Assembly (NCBI RefSeq): GCF_001194135.2
Contig: NC_068981.1
Span: 158,876,055 to 158,940,054, forward strand
Origin: Octopus bimaculoides
Taxonomy: Eukaryota
Length of the DNA stretch: 64,000 nt
Reading direction: 5' to 3'
Under the pieces are notes generated by a model. The model had not been told where the DNA came from and made no database searches. It was given only the letters and a program-made list of their open reading frames with translations. This document shows positions 51,258 through 64,000 of this stretch, piece after piece; the first letter of the stretch is position 1, and every line of letters begins with the position of its first letter. The translations under genes were made by a program, and so were the position numbers.

Positions 51258-51619
51258 ACATAAAAGGAGAAATGTAATATTGCATTGAGCTGTTGCAGTG
51301 TAGTTATTTCTTTTCAGTTATCATCTGTTGATGCAGCATATATTTTCACACAGCTCTGTTCTCTGGGAATCAAGACATCTTTGGAGAAAAGTGTATACAA
51401 AATGATAGTATCACACTTACTTTCATGGGCACCAAGAAGGAAAAGGAATGGATGGCATTACTGAATGAGGAGAATCTATGGAGAGGATCTATGCCAAGTA
51501 GACCCAATAGGGAAACAGCTATTGATGTTGACAGCTATATGGTCAAAGGTGCAATTAATCTTTTTGATACCAATCAACCTGAGACAGTCCTTTGTCTTAT
51601 GATACAAATTTCTTGTTTA

Positions 51620-51778
51620 AGGCGCAGGAGTGGCTGTGTGGTAAGTAGCTTGCTTACCAACCACATGGTTCCGGATTCAGTCCCACTGTGTGACACCTTG
51701 GGCAAATGTCTTCTACTATAGCCTCGGGCCGACCAAAACCTTGTGAGTGGATTTGGTAGACGGAAACTGAAAGAAGCC

Positions 51779-51852
<74 letters not shown>

Positions 51853-52061
51853 ATATGTTTGTGTGTGTGTCCCCAACATCACTTGACAACCGATGCTGGT
51901 GTGTTTACGTCCCCGTAACTTAGCGATTCAGCATAAGAGACCGATAGAATAAGTACTAGGCTTACAAAGAATAAGTCTTGGGGTCGATTTGCTTGATTAA
52001 AGGTGGTGCTCCAGCATGGCTGCAGTCAAAATGACTGAAGCAGGTAAAAGAGTAAAAAGAG
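51620..52061 (+). mobile_element. Composite SINE, well-preserved copy (tRNA-like head, internal (TA)n(TG)n, (GTAAAAGA)n tail)
   Basis: GGAGTGGCTGTGTGGTAAG...GGATTCAGTCCCA head, the microsatellite, then GATAGAATAAGTACTAGG...GGGGTCGAT body and the tail. Confidence 0.88.
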
Positions 52062-53969
52062 ATGTATATGAAAACCTTCCATCAAAATTTCATGATAATT
52101 TTTGTTCTGAACACCATCTCAATTACTTTATTAAATCCTTCAAAATTTTCAAAATTAATTGAAACAAAGACAGTGACTTCAACAGAAATATAGTAACATA
52201 AGGCTTAAGGATATAAACACAAGGAAAGCAGCTGGACCATCAAAGAAAGTCACTTAGAAAATATTCAGTGAAGTAAGACATATGTTAGTCATCCACATGG
52301 TTAATTAAGTAGTACCAGGAGACGTTATTCCCAATGGTTGATGTAGCAGTATTATCATCAATTGTGATGAAAGTAAAGGAGATGCTTTGGAAAGAAGCAA
52401 CAGAAGTATCAAATTGAAGGCCCATGTTATGAAAGTAACAAAAAAGTTACAACACAACTAATTAGGAAGAGCTTAGATGAGCTATCAGTTCAAGTTTGTG
52501 CCTGGAGTAATAAGGGTGGAGATCAGAGGTAAGTAGGAGTGAATATATAGAGAGTGATAAATAAGGGTAAATGGGGTTAGGACAATGGCTCATATGTGAT
52601 GGTGTTCAATAGTGGTATGGGATGATATTGAGAATGCAAGATGGGTGACATGGAGAAGTGACTTCAAAGAAGAGGAAACTACTAGCACAAAAGTATGGGG
52701 GTGAAATTTGTGCACCTCTGCTCTCATACAATTATTATAAATAGAGAAGCTGAGGTAATACTGCAGCTAAAAGTGTGATGGAAGGATGGATGTCAGGAAG
52801 ATGGGTTCAGAAAACAAAACAAAGCAGGGAAGCACTTGGTACCTGTGTCTATGTGTCCTGTTTTGGGCATCTTGCAATAGAATTTGAGTTTCAAGAATTC
52901 TTAACAATGGAAATGATGACTTTTGAAGAAGATAAGCTGTACTGTGCAGTTGTTGGGTACAAACCATTACATTTTGGTCAGTGAGTCAATATGTTTACAA
53001 CTTGGCCAGTTTTTTTAATAAAAATACCATTGCTTACAATGGAATTTTAAAAATAATCTTTTATTTCATCTCATTACTAATCCAGACTTTGAGAATTTAA
53101 TTTGGATTAGTTTTACAGTTTTTGTTCTGATATGCAGATATTTTGAAAATACCTTACAGAGTGACAACTGCACTCAACATAGTTACAGGCTGCTCTTTGA
53201 CAAGTTAAAGTACCTGTTCGGCCACCTTGCCAGGAATATGGCAAAACCATGGGACTGCAGCATGGTGGAGTGTGAAGAGGTAGCAGAAGAGATCAACTGA
53301 GCCAATGGTACTCCTTACAATGATGCTGAGCAGAGGAATCCTAGAAGAACAACAGTCAGGATCACCAAGCTCTATCAAGAGAGTAACTGCAATGCATCAA
53401 TAGGAGCAGCATCCATGGTTGTGTAATTAATTAATGAAAGATTCACTATGACTCAAGGTCTCTATTCAAATTCATAATAATGGAATTGGATGGTGGCAGA
53501 GAATTGTGGGAATCTGTGAAAGCAGTGAAAAAAACAAAATGTGTTTGCAATTATAATTTTTTATCAAAATCAATAAATACATTCTCATATCATTATAACT
53601 CATTTCAAACCTTTGTTTATAGTTTGAGATATGAACTTACTTCCTTCAGATTGCCATAAATGTGGACATCATTGTAAGAAAGAAAAGGTTCTTTAGTCTT
53701 GAATCAAGAAATCTTTATATTAATAACTTCCTGACTTTACAGCATATATACTTTTTCTCTTTTCTTTTTCTTTTTTTGAATTTTGCATTTATTACTAAAG
53801 GAATGGCACTTGAGTGGCTGTGTGTTAAAAAGTTTGCTTCTTAACCACATGGTTTTGGATTCAGTTCCACTGTGTGGCACCTTAGACTGACCAAAGCCTT
53901 GTGAGTGGATCTGGTAGATGGAAACTGAAAGAAGCCCATCATACATACAAACATACATACAAACATACA

Positions 53970-54000
<31 letters not shown>

Positions 54001-56637
54001 GTATATGTGTATGCATGTGTGTGTGTGTATATTAGTGCCTCCTTGTTTCAACTTCGTTTAACAGTTGTAAGTGAGTGTCACCATCATGCAAGTGGTGTCC
54101 TTTGCTTCCAATCTTCTGTGCAAACATGTCTACTCATGGAGAAATACTAGCTTTCTTAGAAACAATTGAGTGTTAGTGACAAGGGTATCCAGTCGTAGAA
54201 AATCCATCTTGACAAATCCTGTCCGATTCATGCAACCATGAGAAAGTGGATTAAAACGATGATGATGATGATGATGACAGTGGTGGTGGCAGCAGTGGCA
54301 GTGGTGGTAGCAACGATGAGTGAATTTATACTGGTCTTTTAGATAATTTTGTAACAAGTAATTTATTTATAGAAGACATTTGCAATATGGTATTTTTGTT
54401 AGTATTAAGCAGATGCAAAACAAATCTCTCCTTTGCAAGAATGCTAGACCATCACATGTAACTTTACTTGTAAATTCTGATACTGTTGAACCTAACTGTG
54501 CTTATGCATAATATCAAACTAGAGTGACTTATGACTGATTTTTCGTTGTAGCATCTGTCAGCTAAATAATTAAAAGAATGAATATGAACTAAATAGTTAG
54601 TTAATTAGTGTTAAAGATATGCGGATGTTAAATATCTCATCCAGCAATTTTGTTTTTATTTACTATTTATTTTTATAACTGTCTGGATTTTATATGCAAC
54701 CACTACAGCCAAAGTTGGATATTGATTTCTCACTTTGGCTAAAGTCCACAAATTTGTAGAGAAGCTGTATAGTTGATTAAAATGATTCCAGCCTTTACTT
54801 GTTGTTTATTTTATAAATGTCAGAGGCATCAAAGAGGCAAAACTAAATACTGCAAAGCATTTATTTTGGCATCTATATCTACCACTCCCCAATCTCCAGA
54901 AATGCAGTATATGAAAATAATGTTTAAAAATCAAATGCACAAATCTATATGTTGCTATATTGCTATTCAAGTAATGGGATAAGTGAAATAGTTATTTAAG
55001 TATTTTAACAATAAACTGCATTAACATTTGTACTATTATCTCAGTGTTGGTGCAGTATAACTGAATTGCTAAGAAATTTATTTCACAAGCAGCTTCAGTC
55101 CCACTGTGTGGCATCTTGGGCGAATATCAATTTCTATAGCACTAGGTCGATTCATACTTTGTGAGTGGAATTGGACAGACAGAAACTGTAAAAAATCCTA
55201 TAGGGTGAATTGTACCTGCAATTCAAAAGGATCAGCTTTTAACACGCATTGTACCACACTGATTCTGCCTGAGAATTATGTTAAGGGTACACATGCCTGT
55301 GGGATGCTCAACCTCTTACATGTTAATGTCAGGAGCAAGTAATTCAATTGACTGAACAACTGGATCTTCATCACTGAATCATGAAGATTCACCACTATCT
55401 CAGATATTAAGATTTTCTGACTGAATTCCATGAACATAACTGATTACTTTAGCTCTGACTCAGTTATTTATAATTCATCATGTACAATACTCTTCTTACC
55501 TTAGTTCTGAATTCTTCGACTGCAATGGAGTGGAAGTGTTTGTCTTGGAGGAAAGGATATTTTGAGCAGTCTCTCATATCCTTCTCATAACACAGTGCAG
55601 GCAATTCTAAAAGAGAGAGAGAGAAAGAGAGAGAGGGAGAGAGAGAGAGAGAGAGGGAGAGAGAGAGAGAGAAGAATGGGTGAATTGACCCCAGTATTTG
55701 CAATATTTATTCAGCTCTTTATCTTTTGAGTTCATTTCCTGCAGAAGTTAACTTTGCCTTTTACTCCTTTGGGGCCAATAAAATAAAGTACTTATCAAGT
55801 ACTGGGATTTAATTGACTAGTTGACTAGTCAGCAATCAACTAATTGACTAATCAGTGGTTGACTCATTGACTAATCAATGATCTTCAATCAGTGATTAAT
55901 TTAATTGACTAAACAGTGATCTTTCAGTATTAGTAGACGACAAGGCAGAGAGCAGGCAGAAACGTTAGCACACCGGGTGAAATACTTAGTGGTATTTCAT
56001 CTGTCTTTACGTTCTGAGTTCAAATTCCACCAAGGCCGACTTTGCGTTTCATCCTCCTGGGATCAACCAGTTGCATACTGGGATTGATCTGATTTCTTGT
56101 GCCTAGAGTAGAAAAGAGTATTAGTAGATGACACTCACTCATGTAACATTTCCTTGTGACATAGATATAGAGAGAGGCTAGGCTGAAAAAAAAGGTAAAT
56201 GATATTGTCAAGTAATACTGGAAGATTGCCTACTAACTTCCTTCCCACCTTTTAGGCATTGTGCCTATGTTAGAAGCAACTATTAAATGTGGTGAATTGA
56301 CTGAATTATTAAAGCATCAGATAAAATGCCTTGTGTTATTTGTTCCAGTTTTTTACTTTTTGAGTCCAAATCCTGCTGGGTCAACTTTATCTTTTACCCT
56401 TTCAAGGCTGTTAAAATAAAGTTCCAATTAAATGCTGGGGTGAATGCAATCAACTAATCCTTCCCCACAAAAACTAGTTGCCTTGTGTCTAAATTAGAAA
56501 TAACGTGGCAAGCCGTCAGAATCAGGAAGCTAAACAACTTTTGTGCTACACTGTTGGGTCTGACACATTTGCTTGCTGTTTTCTGCTTGGCTGAGAATAA
56601 GTGCAACCTTCATTTCATAGTTGAATAGTTAACTTCT

Positions 56638-56835
56638 TATTTCTTTATTGCCCACAAGGGGCTAAACACAGAGGGGACAAACAAGGACAGACAAAGGGGT
56701 TAAGTCGATTACATCAACCCCAGTGCGTAACTGGTACTTAATTTATCGACCCCGAAAGGATGAAAGGCAGACGAAATACTGCTAAGCATTTCGCCCGGCG
56801 TGCTAACGCTTCTGCCAGCTTGCTCACCACTAATA
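56638..56835 (-). mobile_element. Family A SINE (internally deleted) with a LINE-like 3' tail and a 15-bp target-site duplication
   Basis: TSD GAATAGTTAACTTCT (56623-56637) and GAATAGTTAATTTCT (56836-56850). The tail is GTCCCCTCTGTGTTTAGCCCCTTGTGGGCAATAAAGAAATA. Confidence 0.85.
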
Positions 56836-57560
56836 GAATAGTTAATTTCTATTGGTGAAAATACTACAATTATGACCATTCATGAAAACATAACTACCCA
56901 CAAAAACTATTGTGAAAAAATACCCAACAGCAACAAAAGTTGGTGACTTAAGATTATAAAATGTACTTATCACCTACCAATATTGACATTTCAAACTGAA
57001 TGCCAAGCATTCTTGTCTTTATGCTTCTAACCAAAGTTAATATCAATTGATTATGCACTTATCTTTATGGAGTGGAATTTTTCCTTATGATTATTATTAT
57101 TATTGTTGTTGTTGTTGCTGTTGTTATTATCTTTATTCAAATTCAAATGTTAACTTTAAAAATTTGTGAATGTGTAGTGGGGTTACTTAAGCTTTAAATG
57201 CATTTAATGATATAAGTTGACATTAAGTAGATGAACCAATAGTTCAGTGCTAACAGCATGTGATTATATAATGAACGCCTTGAAATAAATACCAATTATA
57301 TAATTTATTCCTTCAAAATAACCCTGCTAGTATAATCATTATAAGAAACATGCCAGTTAGAATTATCTAGGAAAAATGAGTCATTATCATTTGATCATTA
57401 AAGAAATTTTTATACTACTCACTTCACCATATTTTTTTCAGTAATTTCTTTCAGTAGTTTTTTTTAATAAACTTGCTACTGTAACATAACTATAGAACAT
57501 CTATTGCAGCATGGAAGACTATAGACATTCAAAACCATGCAAAAACTGTTAACTTCACTT

Positions 57561-58111
57561 ACTCTTTTACTCTTTTACTTGTTTCAGTCTTTTGACTGTG
57601 GCCATGCTGGAGCACCGCCTTTAGTCAAGCAAATCGACCCCAGGACTTATTCTTTAGAAGCCTAGTACTTATTCTATCGGTCTCTTTTGCCAAACCGCTA
57701 AGTTACGGGGACATAAACACACCAGCATCGGTTGTCAAGCGATGTTGGGGGGACAAACACAGACACACATACATATATNNNNNNNNNNNNNNNNNNNNNN
57801 NNNNNNNNNNNNNNNNNNNNNNNNNNNNNNNNNNNNNNNNNATACATATGGAGCCTGGTGTTGCCATCCAGTTTCACCAGTCCTCAGTCAAATCGTCCAA
57901 CCCATGCTAGCATGAAAAGCGGACGTTAAACGATGATGATGATATACGATGGGCTTCTTTCAGTTTCTGTCTACCAAATCCACTCACAAGGCTTTGGTTG
58001 GCCTGAGGCTATAGTAGAAGACACTTGCCCAAGATGCCACGCAGTGGGACTGAACTTGGGACCATGTGGTTGGTAAGCAAGCTACTTACCACACAAGCCA
58101 CTCCTACACCT
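57561..58111 (-). mobile_element. Composite SINE with a family D fragment nested in its microsatellite
   Basis: C body 57561-57770, then a gap, a D fragment ~57850-57942 and the B head 57945-58111. Confidence 0.8.
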
Positions 58112-58470
58112 ATATTTTAAGTGGAGTTAACAGTTTTTGTGTTTATAAATGGCTAATGCATGTCTTCCACGCTCCAATTGTTTTACTTTTAGCACACAGT
58201 CTCAGATCAAATCACTTGTCTCCCATGTACATCTCTAAAATATGATACATTTGTCTTTGTAAATCTAGAAAAGAAAGCCTCTGACACATCAAAAGAATAT
58301 CAAAAATGTAGATAAATCATCAATCAATCTATCAATCAGAAATTAACTTTATGCATGAGAAAAAGCTATAAGAAAGATCTTCATTAAGTGGGTATAGAAG
58401 CAGAAAAGACAGACAAACAATAACAGGTGTAAGAAATGTATTTATATGAAAAGCAGCAGCNNNNNNNNNN

Positions 58471-58512
<42 letters not shown>

Positions 58513-59853
58513 GTTTAATATCTGCCTTCCATGCTAGCATGGGTGGGACAAATTTGTATGATATAATTAAGTCTTATCTTTACAGCTGCTTCAGATAATT
58601 GATGACTGGTTGCTATAACCATGCATATTAATGCAATGAAGTTCAATACTGAATTAATATTGTAAATGTAATAGCTAGCATGGATTTTTTTTATAGAACC
58701 ATGAGAAAAATAAGAAATTCTATGATGATATTAGAATTCCAATTAATTAGTTCTATAAGATAGAGTAATTACTCTTTTTTTCACCATGTCATGGGGTGAC
58801 TTGAAGTATACAGTATTTGATGGCGTATAAGATGCATGGGCATGTATGATGCACCCCTATTTCAAAAGGTAATATTCAGGAATAAAATGTTTTAAGTGTG
58901 AGCATTTAACGTTGATTGAAATGTGTATTGTAAATAAAGAAGATTGAACAACCTGTACAACTAGGACAGTTGGAAAATCACCATCACTATCACCACCACC
59001 GCCACTGCCGTCACCACCACCATCACCACCATCACCATCATAATAATAATAAAAATGGTTTCAAATTTTGCCACAAGGGCAGCCATTTTGGGGGAGGAGA
59101 TAAGTTGATTACATCGACCCCAGTGTTTAACTGGTACTTATTTTATCGACCCTGAAAGGATAAAAGGTAAAGCTGACCTTGGAGAAATTTGAACTCAGAA
59201 TGTAGGGACGGACGAAATACTGCTAAACATCTCATCCAATGTGCTAATGATTTTGCCAACTCACCACCTTAATAATAACAATATCATCATTGTCATTCTC
59301 ATTTGATGTTCATATTTCATGATGGCATGGATTGGATGGGTTGACCGGATCCTTTGTGCCAGAGGTCTGCATCAAACACTGATGTCTGCTTTGCTATGGT
59401 TTTTATGACTAGATACCAGAGTACACTTTACTGAGTGTAGTATGTACAAAGTGTACACTTCTGGTACACTTTACAAAATGCTTTTTTTTTCCATGGTGCA
59501 GACACTAGTGAAATCACCAAGCAACTTACAAGACAAAATCCATTGACTGAGTTGTGGTGAAGTATTGAGGTAGGTGGCTTTGTGCCAGGTATTGAGAAGC
59601 TTAAGTATAATTGAGAAACAGGTGTCTTACATGGCTACTCTGGCTGGAAAGGAAGAAAAGATGGTGATGTTGACCTGTTAGGGCATATCCTTAAGGTATA
59701 AAAAGGGGGATATAAAAAAGAAGAGAGTCAGGTGGATGAATTTGTTGGGGCTTTTTATTGCATTTATTTTAATCTATTTTTCATCTACAATCAGAGCTGT
59801 CTTTGCAGCATTATAGGTCTCTAAGCAAATAAATGTACTGGGCCCTATAGTAT

Positions 59854-60640
59854 GAGGTGGTATCAAAAAATTCCTGAACTAGTTATGTTAAATAAAGGAT
59901 AACTTATTTACCTAAGTTTTAACATCATCTCATTTGAAATAGTCAACTTGTACAGTAATACACTGGTCCCAGCATTCCTAACACTTTTGGAATCTTGCCC
60001 GGAAGTCATTTTCAGTAAGCAAGTCGAGGACCTTTTGTGACTTACTCTGGATTTTGGCAATAGTATTAAAACAGCAACCTTTGATCTGCATTTTCATCTT
60101 GGAGAAGAATTAGAAGTCTGCATGTGCTAAGTCTGGAGAATAGGATGGTGCAGATGCAGAAGCGATACCATGTTCTTTTGGCAAAAAAATCACGAGTGAG
60201 GAGAGCTCATTGCCATCATGAAGAAACCAATTCTTTACAATCCACAGATCTGGTCACTTTTGATGAATGTCCTCCCTCAAATGCTTTAAAACATTGCAGC
60301 AGAACTGCAATGATTGATGATTGATGGTCTGACCCTAGGGGATGAATTCTTGATGCACAATACCACAGATGTTGTAAAAATGATGAGCATGTTCTTGATT
60401 GAGCTGTGCCACTTGAAACATTGTGTACTACCCAATACCTCGTTGCTGTAAGCTAGCCAAAGCATGCTCAATGTTTCTGTAGTGAAGATGCTTCTCTATA
60501 GCAGTGTGGGAGTATTCCATTTTCTCTGTCAGTTCCCTTGTTGTTTGATGAGAATTTTCGGGCAAAAGTTGGTTTAATGGCTCTTCATCGAAGGAGGTGT
60601 CAAAAATGCTTGTTTATCTTAACTTGACATTCCATTTTAA
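59854..60640 (-). mobile_element. Mariner transposon remnant
   Basis: TA then TGAGGTGGTATCAAAAAATTCC terminus; minus-strand SPDLAHADF..FSKMK and W..C.....DYF-type C-terminus. Confidence 0.75.
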
Positions 60641-62559
60641 TGATCTGAAAATAAACAAAAATTAACTAAAATTAACTAGAAAAAAAAAAAAAAAGGTTCC
60701 AAAATGATTCAAAAATAGAATTCTCCCTCCCCCCCCCAAAAAAATAGATTTCAAAATTTAAAAATGCAATAAATTCCAAAATTTTTTTAAATGGCGGGAA
60801 CTTAGTTGCCAACCCAATAGAATCAAACATGGTTCACCTGGTTCTATTCCCTAGGTGCTTACCTCTGATTCTACAACAGTTGATAAAGACTTAAAGGAAA
60901 CATGTTAATACCTTAACACTGAAGACATTTAGAAAACTTTGATGGAAATATCTGGGGCAAAAGCAGCAGTGAAATCATTATTATCATCATCATTTAGTGT
61001 CTGTTTTCCATGCTGGCATGGGTTAGACTGTTTGACTGGAACTGATGAGTCAAAGAGCTGTACCAGGTTCCTGTCTGATTTGGCTTGGTTTTAGGGCTGG
61101 ATGCCCTTCCTAACACCAATTACTCCAAGCCTTTTACGTGCCACTGGCACAGACCATAACTATGATTTCACTTGGCTTGATGGGTGTTCACAAGCACAGC
61201 AAATTGCGAAAGGTCTTGATCATTTGTTATCATCTCTGTGAGATCCAGCATTCAAAGATCATGCTTCACCCCCATGTTTCATGTCTTCGTGGTCTACCAC
61301 TTCCACAGGTTCCCTCCACAGTTAAAGTATGTATTAAAAATGTACTGCTATGTAACAGTGTCAAATTTTGGTACAAGACCAGCAATTTTATAGGGTGTGG
61401 GTTAATTGATTACATCAACCACAATGCTCAACTGATGATTATTTTATTACCCCTGAAAGGCTGAGAGGCAAAGCTGACATCAGTGGAATTTGAACTCAGA
61501 ATGTAAAGAGCTGGAAGAAATGCTACTAAGTATTTTGTCCAATGCTCTAACAATTCTGCTAACAGACAGCAATAGTAGAAAATTTGCAGACATGAATAAA
61601 ATGAATGATCTATTGCTGGGAATCTGGTATATAAAGAAGGAAGTTGGTTGTTAATAACATCATGAAATGAGAACATTAAGTAAGGACATGGCTTGAAATA
61701 GTATCAGTTGGGGGAAAGGGGAACATTCAGGAATTAGGTTATTTGGACTGGCCTAACAGTATTATAGACTAACAGAGGAAATGACCAAGGAAAGTAGCAA
61801 ATGGAACTGCGTTATTTTGGAGAACCACCGAGAATATGCCAAGAGGATGTTGAGGTGAGTGTGCATGGATATGTACGTAAGTATGTATGTATGTATGTAT
61901 GTATGTATGTATGCATGCATGCATGTATAACATTTTATTTATAATTCTTCTGATATTATGTTGAGAGGAAGTGAATTTTATTTACTACACTCCCTGTATG
62001 TTCAAATGGCTTCAGAGAAGTAATGCAGAAACTGAAGATGCTAAATTAAATTTCAAGTAACATTTACTCTTCATTTATCTCATAATAATGCAGCCTATTG
62101 TAAAGTCTCAAAATGTTTTGGTGAAGCTGATCACTGGCACAATTCTCTTATAGTTTACCAGATCTCAGAAATGCAACAAAACTTTCTGACATTTCAAAAA
62201 TAAATGCAATGAAACATAACAACCTATGTATTTTTTTTAAATATCTAATATGACTCTTCAATGATGCAATTGTTTCAGTTTCAACACAGTTTCATATCAA
62301 GTTACTAAATAAGTACAGCTCTGAAATAATTAGTCAATGCTCTTGTTATAATATTGCAGGTCTGTTATTGAAGACATTCTGGCTATGATCATACCATCAT
62401 CTTTAAATAGTGCAACCATGACATTTCAAATTCAGTCCCACAGCAATGTGGCACCTTAAGCAGGTGCCTTATACTATAGCTCTGGACTGACAAATACTTT
62501 GTGAGTAAATTTAGTTGATGGAAATTGTGTGGAAGCCTGTCAAACACTCACACACACAC

Positions 62560-62570
62560 ACATGTGCATA

Positions 62571-62628
<58 letters not shown>

Positions 62629-62660
62629 ATATGTATGTATATAATATATATATATATATA

Positions 62661-62718
<58 letters not shown>

Positions 62719-62721
62719 TAC

Positions 62722-62753
<32 letters not shown>

Positions 62754-62765
62754 GAATAATAATAA
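62560..62765. repeat. Compound (TA)n/(TATG)n microsatellite
   Basis: Directly visible; one of many microsatellites in the window. Confidence 0.95.
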
Positions 62766-63039
62766 TAAATGGAGCAAAACGCATATAATCAATAAGTTCC
62801 TTTAATTCCTACATATGTTTCAAAATATATGTGCACTCTACTCCAAAGAAGTAAGAGGTGCTGGAATTGCACATAAATTCATCATCAGGGAACCAACATA
62901 CCAAAGTAAGACATGCATTAAATTAAGTTGAAGTTGTAGTTCTGATGAACGAAAAAATGGCAATGACAACGTTACCTGGCCAGTAAAGTCATAAACATGC
63001 ACGCACACGACGATATACCATCATGAAAGTATTATTTTC

Positions 63040-63197
63040 AAGCAACAGTAACTTGTTTCATTATTTACATTTGACGGATATTTGTCCTCATCCTGTTTGT
63101 TGTTAACACAACACTTCGGCTGATATACCCTCCAGCCTTCATCAGGTGTCTTGGGGAAATTTCGAACCTGGGTTTTCATTCCTAAGGTATTTTTCGA

Positions 63198-63235
<38 letters not shown>

Positions 63236-63900
63236 TCACTGACTGGAATCGAACTCGGAATCTTGGGGTTAGTAGCCCGCGCTCTTAATCACTACACCAT
63301 ATGCTGGTGGGCAATTATGGAGTGAATTTTTAGGGCTTATAAATCTAATATTTTCCTATCCTTCCTTAATACTGGTTCCCATATGCTATTCATATCTGCA
63401 CTCGGTCTGCTTAGGAGGTCATTGTGTCCTAGCATATGTGCTGCTTCTTTTAGATTTCATATTTTCCAGTGGTGTTCTATATCATTCCACAGATATACCT
63501 TTAGTTCATATAAGTGATATTTACCATTATATATAATTTGAGCATTGATTTTCTTCTTAAATTTCACTTCCACTAGATATATCTTTTTTCAAGCTTTTAA
63601 GCTTTGATTTAATTCACATATCACTCTATATTTTTCCTTTATTAGTTTTCTGCTTATTTCTTTCCTTTACCTCTCCTCTTTCTATAAGCTACCTTTGACG
63701 TTATATCCTCTAACGGTTTTTAAATAAAACTTAATAGCGTTCTGTTCATCATTATATACATCCATCACATTCTGTTAAAATGTCTTATTGATGAGTTTGG
63801 TTTCTTTCTCTCTTTCCCTGATGAGAAGATTACATTGTTTTACACCATTTATTCCTTTGGAATAATACCAATGTTGTTTCGAAACATATGTCGGAAGTAA
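63040..63900 (-). mobile_element. Penelope-like element remnant: GIY-YIG C-terminus plus pseudo-LTR region
   Basis: Minus-strand WNDIEHHWKI*NLKEAAHMLGHNDLLSRPSADMNSIWEPVLRK resembles the PLE 'W..R.LKEA......SRPS....IW.P' end. It is followed by a tRNA-like head, (AAT)n and a hammerhead motif. Confidence 0.72.
63105..63150 (-). ncRNA. Minimal type I hammerhead ribozyme motif, degenerate core
   Basis: GACAC-CTGATGA-A-GGCTG(GAGGGTATAT)CAGCC-GAAGT-GTT-GTGTT. Stem I (GACAC/GTGTT) and stem II (GGCTG/CAGCC) are intact. GAAAC is replaced by GAAGT. Confidence 0.7.
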
Positions 63901-63964
63901 AAGAATTTGAATAACACCTGTGTTTAACTCCATTTATATCATCATCATCATCGTTTAACGTCCG

Positions 63965-64000
<36 letters not shown>

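Noticed and set aside
52775-53460. Protein-like ORFs after NAT9 (SCFGHLAIEFEF..., YLFGHLARNM...)
   Set aside because: The FGHL.R motif fits decayed RTE-type LINE C-termini better than host exons, and there is no coherent splice chain.
58805-58865. CAGTATTTGATGGCGTATAAGATGCA, resembling a pogo/Tigger-type terminus
   Set aside because: No matching opposite TIR was found, so it is too weak to call.
62511-62805. Low-complexity ORFs (YIYI, CVCV, HHHH, SLSL), also near 33471, 34765, 43318 and 58970
   Set aside because: They are translations of microsatellites.

Overview
This is AT-rich, repeat-dense eukaryotic DNA with several assembly gaps. The SINE families and microsatellites point to a coleoid cephalopod, most likely Octopus (inference). 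One host gene is recognisable, NAT9 (GNAT-family N-acetyltransferase 9). I assembled it by hand from seven + strand exons (16506-50921; 600 nt CDS, 199 aa; all introns GT-AG with consistent phases). Six of the seven exons are absent from or only partly covered by the ORF track. The rest is mostly decayed mobile DNA: an IR/DR-type Tc1 with intact termini, mariner and Tc1 remnants, a Helitron with helicase and 3' hairpin-CTAG, CR1-, RTE- and R4-like LINE pieces, two Penelope GIY-YIG remnants and many tRNA-derived SINEs. The most notable candidates are: (1) an ORF1-only ('half-LINE') retroelement plus a second truncated element, inserted in tandem at the same AAGAAGCTT site in the tRNA-like head of a SINE, with the same 3' tail on a separate SINE; (2) a Penelope 3' cassette with a tRNA-like Pol III head and a minimal hammerhead ribozyme motif, degenerate in this copy; (3) several long inverted repeats in NAT9 introns that could be ADAR substrates. 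There is no CRISPR array, rRNA or bona fide tRNA gene. TE boundaries are approximate unless termini are quoted, and all family assignments come from recalled motifs, not database searches.
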